Positions 45,109 to 56,884 of a DNA stretch of 64,000 nucleotides are shown here, piece by piece. Location of the stretch: the NCBI GenBank assembly GCA_000091205.1, contig AP006499.2; one strand, given 5' to 3'. Both the position numbers and the translations under genes were made by a program. Source of the stretch: Cyanidioschyzon merolae. Its lineage: Eukaryota. The notes under the pieces were generated by a model. The model saw nothing but the letters and a program-made list of their open reading frames with translations. It searched no databases and was not told where the DNA came from. Position 1 is the first letter of the stretch, and each line of letters starts with the position of its first letter.

Positions 45109-45759
45109 GCTGTTGTTGCTGATCCTATTGTTGTGATAACGGTGGCGACGACGGACGCCTTTGGCTACGGATCATCACGCTGCGGGCGATGCTGGCAACG
45201 AGTCCGCGTGTATCCACAGCCCGCATCGTAGAGGCGTGGATACATCTCGCACGCGACTTTCTGAGAATTCCATGTCGAGTTTACAGTGTGCCTGCCCCGA
45301 TTATGTGTCGCTACCGCTGTGCCAATGCCGCTTCGATCGGAGACGTCGCGTGACTGGTCAGTGACCAAAAAACGAGCAAGAATCGACTGCGGCAGTTGCG
45401 TTACCGAGTGACTACGGGATCGGCGGTGAGGAGCGCCGAATCGCCACCGAGGATGACAGCAACAGCTTGGTTCATAGGCAGAGCGCATCGTCCAACACCT
45501 GACTTCACAATGTTGGCGTGTTTCCGGTAGAATACAGCGCGCATCCACGTTGAAGTCGCGAGGCATTGCACGGTCCCTGTGCACCATTTTAGAAAACGGA
45601 CGCGAATTGCGTGTGTGTGCGTGTTCATGGTCCATGAAAATCGCAGCCTGCAACAGTAGTGCACAGAATTTTCAACGACCTTTACGTCCAGTTTGGGGCC
45701 AAAATGGCTTTCGTATTGATGAGGGCGCGCCTTGGTCACTGTTCCGGCATCATTCTCTA

Positions 45760-45771
45760 CTGCTGCTGCTG

Positions 45772-45803
<32 letters not shown>
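45760..45803. repeat. (CTG)n trinucleotide repeat
   Basis: 'tgctgctgctgctcctgctgctgctgctgctgctgctgctgcta', about 120 nt 3' of the 45925..47580 minus-strand ORF. Confidence 0.9.
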
Positions 45804-45924
45804 AGGAATGACGCCCATGGATACATTGCAGATCCGCCGATACCCGCCAGCGCCTCGACAAGTCTTGCTTCATGTACTCAATCCCAATAAAACCGGTTCT
45901 CATCGGATTGCCTGAATTCAGACC

Positions 45925-47580
45925 CTAGTCCACGGTGGATTTCTCGGGATCCCGCGGTAGCGTCTGTTCGGTAGGCACGGACTCGAAACCGGCGCTCGTT
46001 CGATTCCGGCTCGTCGAACTTGCCTGATGTTCATTCCGGTCGCGATGGATATCGTCGGAGGCTTGCTTCTGTTTGTCTGCACGATCTGGGGCCTCGTTCG
46101 GCTGCTGGGGTTTCGATGGCATTGGCGACCGCCGCGCAGGTACCGTGCGTACATATCGCCAGGCTCTGGGGTCGTCTTCGTCGTCCTCCTCTAGATCGAG
46201 GTCATCGCCTGGAAACGTCCCCAAATCACCACCACTGCCAGCGTCGTTATCGTTATCGTCACTGAACCACGGTTTCTCTTGGGCATCGTCGTTGTCGTCG
46301 TCGTCGCCAATGAAGCGCTCCCGTGGTGCGCGCCCTGACCGTCGGACTTTGCTTGGCTTTCGTTTTGCGGGACGACGACGCTGCCCGTGCCTATACGAGC
46401 GCTCGCCGTCGAAATCGTCGCTGTCTTCATCGTCAGTATCGAACCTGTCGTAGTCATCATCGTCGGCATCATCGCGAAACCGGCGACGCGCAAATGCCTC
46501 GACCGCTGCCTCATCCACGGGTATAGGCGTCCTGCGCATAACCGACGTTCGTTGCTGTTGTTGCTGCTGTTGAGCCTGCGGCTCCAGCGCTGCATCGAAG
46601 AGCTCCAGGAAAAATTCCTTGTTCACAAACGGGTAATCACCAATCCAAACGAAATCATCGTCCTCGATGACGCCATCGTCTACCGAACCCGTTTCATCGT
46701 AGAGGTCACGAAGCTCGTCGCTGACGTCGGCAACCTCCAAGTCCGGTGGTATGAACGAGCGCGCCTCGCTCGACGACGTCAGCCGCTGAACGCGAATACA
46801 AGCATCGGAGACGCCGCCAACTCGCCGAAAGTCTGGCACATCGCTCGCAACGAGCATGCAAACATCCAGACCAGGCGAGAGAACCCGGTGTTCGCGGCTT
46901 CGAAACGGTCCAGAAATCGTGATACGACGACCGCTGGGATCGGCTGCAACCACATTAATTCTCTTCTGGACGACCTCCCGAAAACGGGTCCGACGGGAGC
47001 TCGGTATGCGCTCACGGTGCAGGACGGCCTCTGTAACGTACACTTCCCGAACAGTGCCACAGAATAGGCCAATGTAGGGGAAGCGGCGCAGCGCAAGGTT
47101 GCGTCGAGAGGCCAGGAATGCAGGCTCCAAAACCCAGTAGAAAAAGAATACCGCGTTCAGCAAAGAAGTGAGCAGATGGTTAAACAGAACGTTCGACAGC
47201 ACCGACGTGACCAGGAGACCTCCAGCGGAGATCGCCAAACGGTTCAGCAAACGGTCTGGGGTTCCCCAGTAGTACGAGACCTGTTCCAGTGTCGCCCAGG
47301 CCGGCAGCGCGTCCACGGTGGCCTCCTCTGTCAGCGGCCGTATCGCACAAGTCCACGGTCGACGAGTCGCTCGCTCCACTGGACACACACGAACACGGGA
47401 AAGCGCCTTCACCGAACCTAGTCCCTGGAAGCGACTCCAGCTGACTGATGCGCTTCGCCGACATGAAGCACGAAACGCTGGCTCCCGTCTTCCGCAGTAC
47501 AGGAAGGTTGGCTGAAACGCTACACCACGGTTGAGCGCCCGTCCAGAATGAACTTGATTCAGCAAACTCATGCTGCCCAC
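45925..47580 (-). CDS. Hypothetical membrane protein with a long acidic, low-complexity C-terminal tail
   Basis: 551-aa ORF with N-terminal hydrophobic segments ('LLVTSVLSNVLFNHLLTSLLNAVFFFYWVL'). It then has a poly-Q run (QAQQQQQQQ) and long D/E-rich tracts ('DDADDDDYDRFDTDDEDSDDFDG', 'DDDDNDDAQEKPWFSDDNDNDAGSGGD'). Confidence 0.4.
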   Translation of the reverse strand: MGSMSLLNQVHSGRALNRGVAFQPTFLYCGRREPAFRASCRRSASVSWSRFQGLGSVKALSRVRVCPVERATRRPWTCAIRPLTEEATVDALPAWATLEQVSYYWGTPDRLLNRLAISAGGLLVTSVLSNVLFNHLLTSLLNAVFFFYWVLEPAFLASRRNLALRRFPYIGLFCGTVREVYVTEAVLHRERIPSSRRTRFREVVQKRINVVAADPSGRRITISGPFRSREHRVLSPGLDVCMLVASDVPDFRRVGGVSDACIRVQRLTSSSEARSFIPPDLEVADVSDELRDLYDETGSVDDGVIEDDDFVWIGDYPFVNKEFFLELFDAALEPQAQQQQQQQRTSVMRRTPIPVDEAAVEAFARRRFRDDADDDDYDRFDTDDEDSDDFDGERSYRHGQRRRPAKRKPSKVRRSGRAPRERFIGDDDDNDDAQEKPWFSDDNDNDAGSGGDLGTFPGDDLDLEEDDEDDPRAWRYVRTVPARRSPMPSKPQQPNEAPDRADKQKQASDDIHRDRNEHQASSTSRNRTSAGFESVPTEQTLPRDPEKSTVD

Positions 47581-47813
47581 GCACCGATTCGTTAGAGAAA
47601 TCAGCTTAAAAAATAAAGACTCGCTCTGTAGACAAGTCGTTTACCGTCAGTACTGGCGTCGGTTCGCCCTCTGGTGCTCGCGTTCCTGCCAAAAGGCAGT
47701 AGCAGTTGTAGCAGCTGTAGAAGTATCAGTAGCAGCTGCAGTACCAGTGCCTCTTTACGACAGCGGGTGGCGGCGCGAGGGGCGCTGCGCGATCGCCAGA
47801 TACGACGCCACGG

Positions 47814-47970
47814 CGGTAGATAGGTGGTAGATAGGTGGTAGGCAGGTGGTAGATAGGTGGTAGGCAGGTAGTAGATAGGTGATAGGCAGGTTGTAGACAG
47901 TTGGTAGACAGTTGGTAGATAGGTGATAGGCAGTTGGTAGACAGTTGGTAGATAGGTGATAGGCAGTTGG
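47814..47970. repeat. 12-bp minisatellite (GGTGGTAGATAG / GTTGGTAGACA variants), ~13 units
   Basis: 'taggtggtagataggtggtaggcaggtggtagataggtggtaggcaggtagtagataggtgataggcaggttgtagacagttggtagacagttggtagataggtgataggcagttggtag...'. Confidence 0.9.
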
Positions 47971-49496
47971 TAGGCAGGCAGCGTACCGTGCTCGGAGGCT
48001 CGTTGACGCTGCGGTGCTGTTGCATGATGCTGAAGGACGCTCGGTGTGGTTTTTTGTATGGTTGCACACGAGGAGCCTTGCCTGGGTATTGACCAGCGTC
48101 CAGTTTCTGATTGCGCTCTGGTTATCGATATCCAGGTGTGTGTGTGCGTGTGCGTTTATGATGCTGCACCAGAGCTTCGATCGCCATGACTTTTCCATCG
48201 CATCAGATTTCGTGGTCATGTCGCTGGTTTGGCGATGCTCTACGTATGCGGTACGCGTTCGAGATCGTGTCTATGGCGTCAGAGCGTGGGTGTAGCTCGG
48301 CGAAAGAAGGACGTTGACTTGACTGGATCGTAGCACGGTGCATAGGCTGGCAGGATTCGCCGCCCGACGCTCGTGTCCGGGGTGCGCACGACCTGACCGC
48401 TCTTGCGTCATGGGAAGCGGGGGTATCTCCGATCAGGACAGAACAACGTCGTGCGGACAAGCTACGAGGCGGGCATCGACGAATGATCCGGTGGGAAAGG
48501 TTTCCGTGCGAATGGCGATTCATTCGCCACGGTACGTTTGAATCGCCACTGCGGCTGATGTCGTCGTCAGACTCGCCTATCGCTTTTTTTACGAATAGCG
48601 GTTTCCACGTCTTGGCATACCAAAATACCTGTGTTCGATTTCTCCCGAATATAATCTGATCGAGTACGACGAACACTCGTCCCGGTGGGCGTGTTCACGT
48701 TTCAGCGTGAGACCGATAGCGCAACGCGCGATGCGCTCTCATTTCTCTGAACGCGGCATTTCTCTTCATCAGCGTTCGTATCCAAGGTAGAGAAACTTGA
48801 CATGCCGTGACTTGTCTGGCAGGTTTGCGTAGCGTCCACACTGATGAGACTGGACCTAAGAGACTGTCTCCTGTTTGGATGGCGTTGTGTAAGTTGCACA
48901 ATAGGGACACGGCGTTCAGCAACGTGCCCAGGCGACGTGGCGTTCATCCAACTGCGTATCTTAGCGTGACTGCTTTGTAGAAGAAACGCCATTGTCGATT
49001 GGACACCAAAGACGACATAAAGCCTCTCCATGGCTTGTCTTGAATCTACAGGATATATTCTTTTTTGCCGGATACCTGCAAGAAACATAACCAAAACATG
49101 CACAGGTATACAAGAACGCGCTGCTCTACGTAAAACAACAGAGCGCGCGTAACGCACCCGATTTTTCTTCCGATGAACTGGAAACAGCATATACACCAAT
49201 GTTCCGCATGCAAACATCCAAGTGGCAAGCCCAAGCTGGCCCTGTCACAGCACGCTCGCGAAAACTGCAGTTGCGTCGCCGATGCGGGTATGCCCCCTGC
49301 AACCGGGTATTCAAGGGACACCAGGTGCACAGCAAGCGCCTCGTCACAAGCGTACACAAAGCGACTCCCACACTTGCTTTTATGTGATGATTCATGCACA
49401 TCGAGATCAGTACAAAGCGAAGCTCGCCGATGAAGCACCTGTCTTTGTCAATGCACGTCTGTCTATCGGTGTGTTTCTATGCTTGTCGTGAAACAA

Positions 49497-52400
49497 TCAT
49501 CTGCGCTTGTCGTCGCTCGCTGGGCAGCGCGTGAGGCCGTAGGCGTACGGACCTCGCACCCCGCCGTGCGCTCGACGATCCCACTGGCCAGTGACCTCTA
49601 GTCCAAGCGTATTCCGCAGAAAGTGCTTCATTTTCGCAACAGTTAAAACGTGACCGAGGCAACGGCTTTTCTGTCGTTCATACGAGCGGCTCCTTTCGGA
49701 GGTCGTCGAATCCTCGCAAGATGTTCCTGCAGCAGCTAACTCTGCTTTGAGCGCGCGCAAGCGAACAAAGTCCGTATGTGGTCCGAAAACCGTATTCGGT
49801 GTGAAACGATAGTGCTGCATCAGGAAGCGCGCGAAGCAGTGAAACGGTTGGTTAGGTTGCAGCGCTATCGCTGCCAATATCTCTTCGCGTTCCGCTACAC
49901 CGAGCATGCTCGCTCGCGTAGGATTGCGCTGGCCTCCACGTCGCCGTTTCTGTGGCTGCGCTGGTTCCAGGGTCACGCTCTGCGCACTCGTCGTGATAGG
50001 CGAGAGCTCCCGACCAATGTCCGCAGTCTGGACACGCTCCAGCGGGTCATTCCATGCTCGCAACTGCTCGTTTGCCGTTGCCGATGCTTGTTCCTGGTTG
50101 GCGGCAGCATCCTCTGGACCAGTTACCCAGCGGAGAAACTCATTGAGTTGCTCGGGACGCACTACACTCAGTTGCGAAGACGACCCCGAAGAGCGTCCGC
50201 CAGGCTGCATCGCACCAACTTCAGACGCTCCTGCGTCCGCACGTTCGATCCAGGAGGGCGCGTAGCCTCGTCGTTGTCGTTGTCGGCTTTCTGGCACCAA
50301 CGCTGCTGCTGTATGTACACTGCCAATGCCGAATGCTCGACGACTGTGGTTACCATAGGAAAGCGACTGAAGAGCGTTGTGCTCGACGGTCGGGGCGAGC
50401 TCCTCAATGATGGTCGTTGAGCCCCTTGAAAAGCGATCATGAAGTGCGTATGGCGTTCCATTCGTGAAAGAGAACGTTTCCATCCCGGAATCGTCCGAAT
50501 CCGATGCAGATTGCTCAAGCCACAACTGCGGCTGTTGCAGATCAATTAAAGACCACAGGGATCGGGTTGGTTGTCGCAGTACAAATACACGCCGCATGAG
50601 GTCCATGGAGTCGAGTGCTCGCGCTCGAGCCGTCCGCGAGTCCACCACCGGATGCGCATAGCAAGAGCCCAGCGCGATACCCGCTTGCGCAAGCACTGAA
50701 GCTGGCGCTCGCCACGGACGATGGACGTAACACGTAGGCAGTGCGGCCAATTCGGGTACCCAGCGCTTCACGTACTCACCATGGGGATCTTCTCTGAGCC
50801 CAAACGTGATCGGATTGACGATACACGCAAACGGGAACGCATCGGTGTGGCAGCCTGCCGTCCACTGCCACCCGAGCGTCTGACAGGCTATGTCCCCGTC
50901 GAGAACATGATCGTAAAGAAAGCGGAGACCATGCTGCCACGGAATGAGAAGGTACTTGGTCAGGAAGCCGGCGATCATGAAACGAATGCGATTATGCAGG
51001 TATCCAGTGGTACGCAACTCCCGAATCGCTGCGTCAATGATGGGATACCCGGTTTGGCCGCTTCGCCAAACCTCGAGCATGCTCTGATCGTTCCAGCGCC
51101 AAGGAAAGGCGCGGAATTCGGGCAGTAGCGGCTCTTCGAAGGCCTGTGGATTGTGAAAGAGCAGGTGATACGCGAATTCTCGGAGGCACATGTTTTTCAG
51201 GAACGCCTTCACCGCGCTGATGGTCTGTTGTGCATCTGCTGCATCGGTGTGGGTACGTGTGTTTGCCGCGAGCGCCTCGCCTGCTGTAGCGTGACGCTCA
51301 CGGTTCAGGAGCGCATGCCGTGTGCTCCTTGGAGCCGCTTGATCGGTACCACCACGACCTCCGTCGTCGTTGTCATCTGCTTCATCACCATTATTATTAT
51401 TATTATCGTCGTCGTCGTCATCCTCATGATCGTAGAGAAAGTAGGTCGTGCCACTGGAGCCTCGTGGTCGGTTCACTTGAACCCGAAGCGGAAACATCGG
51501 CGCTCGCTGCGGCTGATAACCGGGAACTGCAGCAGTAGCAGTAGCAATAGCAGTAGCATCCATGGAGTGAGGTGTTGCACTGATTCGGTGTGGCGACTCC
51601 AGGTAACCGTTCTGCTCCCTCGAATGCGCTGGTATTCCATTCCCTAGGGAAAGCGCGCTAGGCGCGTCCGACACGATGTCAGCCATGATTGCTGCATACA
51701 GCTGCCGCGGGCTAATCTCACCGAAACGAACATGCATGGAGAGGCGGCTCGTGCCGTCGAGCGCACAACGAGACTCTCGACGCCCGAATTTGGGATAACG
51801 CTCTCGGAGAAACCTTGACAACGTAATCCACGCTGCTCGCTCACCGACAAGCGGCCACATGCATTCCATCTGGGCACACCATTCCGGACTGAGATCAGAG
51901 ACCAGCTCCAGCTCATGAATCTCGACATGGGAAACGCGTTGCCGTAAACCAGGCAGCGTCTGCAGCCTCAATGGCGCTGCTACAGGTGGGGGCGGTTTCG
52001 GGAAAGCGAGCCACTTTTCCATGAAGGGGTGAAACTCATTGAATGGCTCACCGTTGTCTTGAGCAAGCTCCCACGGCTCCACAAGAAGTTCCGATTTGAA
52101 GCTAACGAGTTCAACATTCCAAACAGCAAGGCGTTGTTCCAACGTTCGGTCCACTTCTGCGGCACCGATATCGTAGCAGCGGTTGAAGTAGACTGCGCTC
52201 GCATTCGTTTCCCGCGCCAGCTCCACAATGCTTTCCACGAGGCTCCCCTGCAGAACCACCAGCCGCGCATCTTCGCCGTAGCGGTGCGCGAACTCCCGGT
52301 CCAGCGCCAGCAGCGACTCTCGCAGCCGCCAGCGCCCTGCTCTGCCAGGTTTACTCATCCACGGCAGTTGCGGGTTCCAAACGTACACAGGAACCACCGG

Positions 52401-52667
52401 CATACCCGTTTCTGCAGCCGCACAGAAGGCAGCATGATCATCTATTCGGAGGTCGTGCCCCCGGTACCATACCAGTATGGGGCGCTGTGTCGCGCCCTGC
52501 GCTGCAGCCACTGCGAGCGCTGGTGTACGTCCCGGTGGCGGATGCGCGTTCACCTCCCGCCCCGCTTCGAGCAACGGGGAGCTGCTCAAAGCAAGCCACG
52601 GACACTCCTCTCCACTAGTTTCTGAAGGAGGATACGCGGGCATCACACATGCAGCGTCAAGTTCCAC
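49497..52667 (-). CDS. Cryptochrome/photolyase-family protein with a low-complexity acidic insertion and a ~400-aa C-terminal extension
   Basis: N-terminal photolyase alpha/beta domain 'PILVWYRGHDLRIDDHAAFCAAAETGMPVVPVYVW'. FAD-binding domain 'TGYPIIDAAIRELRTTGYLHNRIRFMIAGFLTKYLLIPWQHGLRFLYDHVLDGDIACQTLGWQWTAGCHTDAFPF'. There is an inserted D/N/E-rich tract (DHEDDDDDNNNNNGDEADDNDDGG) and a long C-terminus with no photolyase homology. Confidence 0.8.
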   Translation of the reverse strand: MELDAACVMPAYPPSETSGEECPWLALSSSPLLEAGREVNAHPPPGRTPALAVAAAQGATQRPILVWYRGHDLRIDDHAAFCAAAETGMPVVPVYVWNPQLPWMSKPGRAGRWRLRESLLALDREFAHRYGEDARLVVLQGSLVESIVELARETNASAVYFNRCYDIGAAEVDRTLEQRLAVWNVELVSFKSELLVEPWELAQDNGEPFNEFHPFMEKWLAFPKPPPPVAAPLRLQTLPGLRQRVSHVEIHELELVSDLSPEWCAQMECMWPLVGERAAWITLSRFLRERYPKFGRRESRCALDGTSRLSMHVRFGEISPRQLYAAIMADIVSDAPSALSLGNGIPAHSREQNGYLESPHRISATPHSMDATAIATATAAVPGYQPQRAPMFPLRVQVNRPRGSSGTTYFLYDHEDDDDDDNNNNNGDEADDNDDGGRGGTDQAAPRSTRHALLNRERHATAGEALAANTRTHTDAADAQQTISAVKAFLKNMCLREFAYHLLFHNPQAFEEPLLPEFRAFPWRWNDQSMLEVWRSGQTGYPIIDAAIRELRTTGYLHNRIRFMIAGFLTKYLLIPWQHGLRFLYDHVLDGDIACQTLGWQWTAGCHTDAFPFACIVNPITFGLREDPHGEYVKRWVPELAALPTCYVHRPWRAPASVLAQAGIALGSCYAHPVVDSRTARARALDSMDLMRRVFVLRQPTRSLWSLIDLQQPQLWLEQSASDSDDSGMETFSFTNGTPYALHDRFSRGSTTIIEELAPTVEHNALQSLSYGNHSRRAFGIGSVHTAAALVPESRQRQRRGYAPSWIERADAGASEVGAMQPGGRSSGSSSQLSVVRPEQLNEFLRWVTGPEDAAANQEQASATANEQLRAWNDPLERVQTADIGRELSPITTSAQSVTLEPAQPQKRRRGGQRNPTRASMLGVAEREEILAAIALQPNQPFHCFARFLMQHYRFTPNTVFGPHTDFVRLRALKAELAAAGTSCEDSTTSERSRSYERQKSRCLGHVLTVAKMKHFLRNTLGLEVTGQWDRRAHGGVRGPYAYGLTRCPASDDKRR

Positions 52668-55600
52668 AAAGCACCGCTGACGTCCTCGTGTATCGACGGG
52701 TGCTGTTCGCGCGCACCTTGAACCTGTATAAAGCAGGTACCCGCAAGCACTCGGAACAAACCTACCACTTTGTCGTTACGAAGTCTACAAGCGACCAGTA
52801 GCGTACGACAAGTGTACCAGCACCCAAGTGCCTGCTTGATTGTCCCGGAAACCTGATAGCACAGAAGCCTTCCGTTTCGGACACCGGTTTGGAGGGGTCA
52901 GCTGCGACCAGCACTACGAGCACCACCAGATAATCGATCATATATGGACATTGAGGACGTCGAGGTCGCGATGCAGCGCTGCTGCCGCCGCTGCCGCTGC
53001 GCAAGCGATCATCGACTGCCCGTAACACGATGCGTAGGATACCTATGTGCTGGTGCAGTGGAGGCTGCACGTGTCGGTTGCTATGGTCACGTCTGGTGCA
53101 TGTGGGGCAATGAATTTGGGTGTAGGAATCGTGTATGGAGCCTAGGTTCTCCAAAAATCTTGGACAAGTTGCAATGAGGGGTAACGGATCTAGGTGTCGT
53201 TGGAGGGTGCTTGGAGGTCATTTGTCGGGGTGCTTGTGTGTCGCTCCTTGAGCGCTGGCGTTCGATACATCACCGGAATCAAGATGACTCATGACGCTCT
53301 TGAACAGCGGTTCGTAAAATAGCTGATATCGTGATGCAGAGCATAGGTACAGGCCCCAGGCTTTTCCGTTCTTGATGTGGAGCGTGCTCGAATCGCGCAT
53401 GCTTCGAGTTTTCTGTCTTTCTGGTTCATGACGGCGCATGTGTTGCTGGAAGAACGACGAACAAAACTGGACGTCATGTCTCGGCAATTTGTTCACCAGC
53501 TCATATCGATCGTTCACTGAACGTGTCTCGTCGAATCATCGATGCCTTTTCGAGCCACACCTGCTTGGATCCTCGTACATATCCACGGACGACATTCCGC
53601 AGCAGCGTGGCATTTCTGACGCGGGGCGCTTCTGGAGGCCCCCGTCTGCTCGGTAGACATCTGGAATAGGTCAAGGACGCGCGCTTGAGTCATCGAAGCG
53701 ACTGCTTCTGGTGGAGCGCAAGTCACCACCACCATCCACGAAAAAGGCGTAGACGGATCGAGAAATCTCGATCTCGTGTCTAGCCTGGATTCTCCTTGCG
53801 CGGCTTGTTTCATCATGGGAAACACCACGTTCCAAAAAGATTCTTTATCAAATGGAACATCGTGCTTTTGCGTGTGCCGCTTACAGGTTACGCATCGAAG
53901 GCATCGCCCGGAACAAGCCAGGAATTGCCGTGGAAGGCACCAGAGGCGCCAACGAATGAAGACACCAACCAGAGCCCTCTGTAGCCGTCAAAGGCATGTA
54001 CCGGGATGTGAAGCAAGCGTTCACCTGCCATAGGACGACGCTCGGAGGAGCAGAAGGTGCGGTTTATGTATTAGAACATCTGACCAGCGTCAAGTGTTTT
54101 CGCTGCGAAGCGCGCTCCGAGGCTATCTATATCGAAGATGCATATTGCAAGCGACGCGTAGATTGGAACTACTGCTTCTGCATGAAATGCGTCGACAGCA
54201 TCCATACGCGGCGAATTCGGGACTGGAACGTATCCATCAATACCCTTCGACTGATGATAAGGGGGCCGGAGGCACGCGAGAGACAGGCGTCTGGAAAGCC
54301 GATGAATCGAGAGAGACGAAAACGTAGCATTTGCACAAGAATTCCGCAGCGGCTGGTATCGGAGACAGTGGCAGGAGTCCCAAACCTTACAGTGCGCACC
54401 TGCGTTACGAGGCCCATTCCGTCGGAAGCTCAGGCTGGTCTGGGCGCGTGCACCATGATGATGATGACGACGACGCGCTGGTTGCCACAATGATGTTGCT
54501 CTGGACATTTCAGCTACAGAAAAACGTGCAAAACCTGATAACCAGCCACAGATGCATGGACACGAGTCAAGGCTCTCGAATCTTGCTTGCCATATCAATG
54601 TCTGCGAAAAGCTTGTACGAACACCGCATCTCCCGGGGCGAAGGAGTTCGAGCGCTGCACATGTCCTCGACTGGCCGGGAGGCATGCTGCAGGCTCGCGA
54701 CACCCAGACGATAGCTGCTGCTGCTGCTACTGCATGCGTTCTCGGGAACATCTTGTAGGTATATTTCAGCGCGAAACGCATGCGTCGACGCTCACACCAC
54801 CTCCCTGTACAAGAGCAGAGCACTTTGACGAATAAGTTTCACAGCGTACCGAGGCCTTGTCCGGCGAATCGACTCGAAAAGCGCGCTTGTTTGCTCTTGC
54901 CCCGCATCGGATCGCGAGTTATCCAAGGTTCCGATTCTTCATGTTCGAAAGCGCTGCGCCTCTGCATGAGTTACTCGGGAAAATAGATGACTTTATACGG
55001 CAAACAGCGTCAGCATTTGATTTGTCTAGGACGAGGTCTGCAAACGACACCTGCGTGGATGTCACTGCAAGCGCAGCGTTACAAACCTCAACAGCTTCTG
55101 GTACCGGCAAGTGAGCGCCCCAGGGCCAACACAGCTGGTTCACGGCTCTCGTTATCCAAGCATACAGCAGGACGCTTCCGCCCCACACGAGTGATTGCAT
55201 GCAAAGTACAGCACAGTCACGATGAAGGCACACTCGTTGCGCTACTGCTTGCGAGAGCACACGGCAGCAGGGCCAACCGTCACGTAGAACACCCACGCTT
55301 GATCAAGGAAGAGCACGCCGCATCGCTCGTGAAACCGGCATCCGCTACAGAAACACCCCAGAAAGAAAAGTTATTCTATTCACTGAAACGGATCGGATAA
55401 AGGTACGCCATCCGATCAGTGCACAAGCCAGCGTAGCGCAGCCTGGTATGCAGTTGGCCCGCAACGCGTTACGCATCTGCAAGGCGCATACCTGTCCGTC
55501 AAGGAAAAGAACACGCAGCAGCTTGTATAGCACTAGCGCAGAATCACCAGGATCCAGACCGTAACAGGCAGCGTTAAACGTAGCACAGCACCGCGTGATG

Positions 55601-55870
55601 AAAGCAAAGCATCCACCACAGCTTCCGGTTTGCACAGCACAGGTGGTATTGCCGCTTCTGCGAAGACGCCCAGTGCGTCTGTTCGCTGCCGCAGCTTCAG
55701 TGCGTCGCTATCCAGCACAGCGACGCTCATCTGACTCCTGCAAAAGACAACAGCAAGCCGAGGTGACATCGGGAACACCTCCCGCCGGCGCTCGTATTAC
55801 TGTTAATTCGTTATGCTGTCCTGCAAAACACCAACCAGTTGCAAGAGGCACACGCCAGACGTCCCACTGC

Positions 55871-56690
55871 CACTAGTCATCAGCGTTCTACTGGGTCCGA
55901 GTGTCACCTGCTCAGGCACGTGTGCTTGCAACCCTGTCATTTTCAGATCTTTAGTACCGTACCACTAGTCATCAGCGTTCTACTGGGTCCGAATGTCACC
56001 TGCTCAGGCACGTGTGCTTGCAACCCTGTCATTTTCAGATCTTTAGTAACGTACCACTAGACATCAGCGTTCTACTGGGTCCGAGTGTCACCTGCTCAGG
56101 CACGTGTGCTTGCAACCCTGTCATTTTCAGATCTTTGGTACCGTACCACTAGTCATCAGCGTTCTACTGGGTCCGAGTGTCACCTGCTCAGGCACGTGTG
56201 CTTGCAACCCTGTCATTTTCAGATCTTTGGTAACGTACCACTAGTCATCAGCGTTCTACTGGGTCCGAATGTCACCTGCTTAGGCACGTGTGCTTGCAAC
56301 CCTGTCATTTTCAGATCTTTGGTACCGTACCACTAGTCATCAGCGTTCTACTGGGTCCGAGTGTCACCTGCTCAGGCACGTGTGCTTGCAACCCTGTCAT
56401 TTTCAGATCTTTGGTAACGTACCACTAGTCATCAGCGTTCTACTGGGTCCGAGTGTCACCTGCTCAGGCACGTGTGCTTGCAACCCTGTCATTTTCAGAT
56501 CTTTAGTAACGTACCACTAGACATCAGCGTTCTACTGGGTCCGAGTGTCACCTGCTCAGGCACGTGTGCTTGCAACCCTGTCATTTTCAGATCTTTAGTA
56601 ACGTACCACTAGACATCAGCGTTCTACTGTGTCCGAGTGTCACCTGCTCAGGCACGTGTGCTTGCAACCCTGTCATTTTCAGATCGCTGC
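55871..56690. repeat. Satellite-like tandem array, 92 bp x ~9
   Basis: Unit 'cactag(t/a)catcagcgttctactgggtccga(g/a)tgtcacctgct(c/t)aggcacgtgtgcttgcaaccctgtcattttcagatcttt(a/g)gta(c/a)cgtac' has a period of exactly 92. Several variant positions alternate between neighbouring units, e.g. 'ggtaccgtacc' / 'ggtaacgtacc'. The array is the source of the near-identical small ORFs in the track at 55839-56891. Confidence 0.95.
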
Positions 56691-56884
56691 CCTAGCTTTC
56701 CTCAAGTAACGCGCTACCCCAAGGCATTCTTGGAGCGCCCCACGAGCACGAGCGCGCGACATGTCCTATCGCCGCTTGACGGTTACGCAGCCAACGCGTT
56801 AGGGCAAGTGTGTCTCAGCTGGTGCACTGTCAGAGGGCGAGGCTCAGACGTGAACCGCCAGAGGGCTTGCTTTATGTATAGTTT

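Noticed and set aside
53996-54823. Overlapping ORFs 53996..54493 (+, Cys-rich 'CFRCEAR...CFCMKC') and 54071..54823 (-)
   Set aside because: The two ORFs mutually overlap on opposite strands and neither has a convincing domain signature. The Cys pattern is too short to call a zinc finger confidently.
55871-56690. The regular 92-bp array could be read as a CRISPR-like array
   Set aside because: The units are directly adjacent with no unique spacers. The period is too long for a CRISPR repeat. The context is eukaryotic, with no cas genes. It is a plain satellite or minisatellite.
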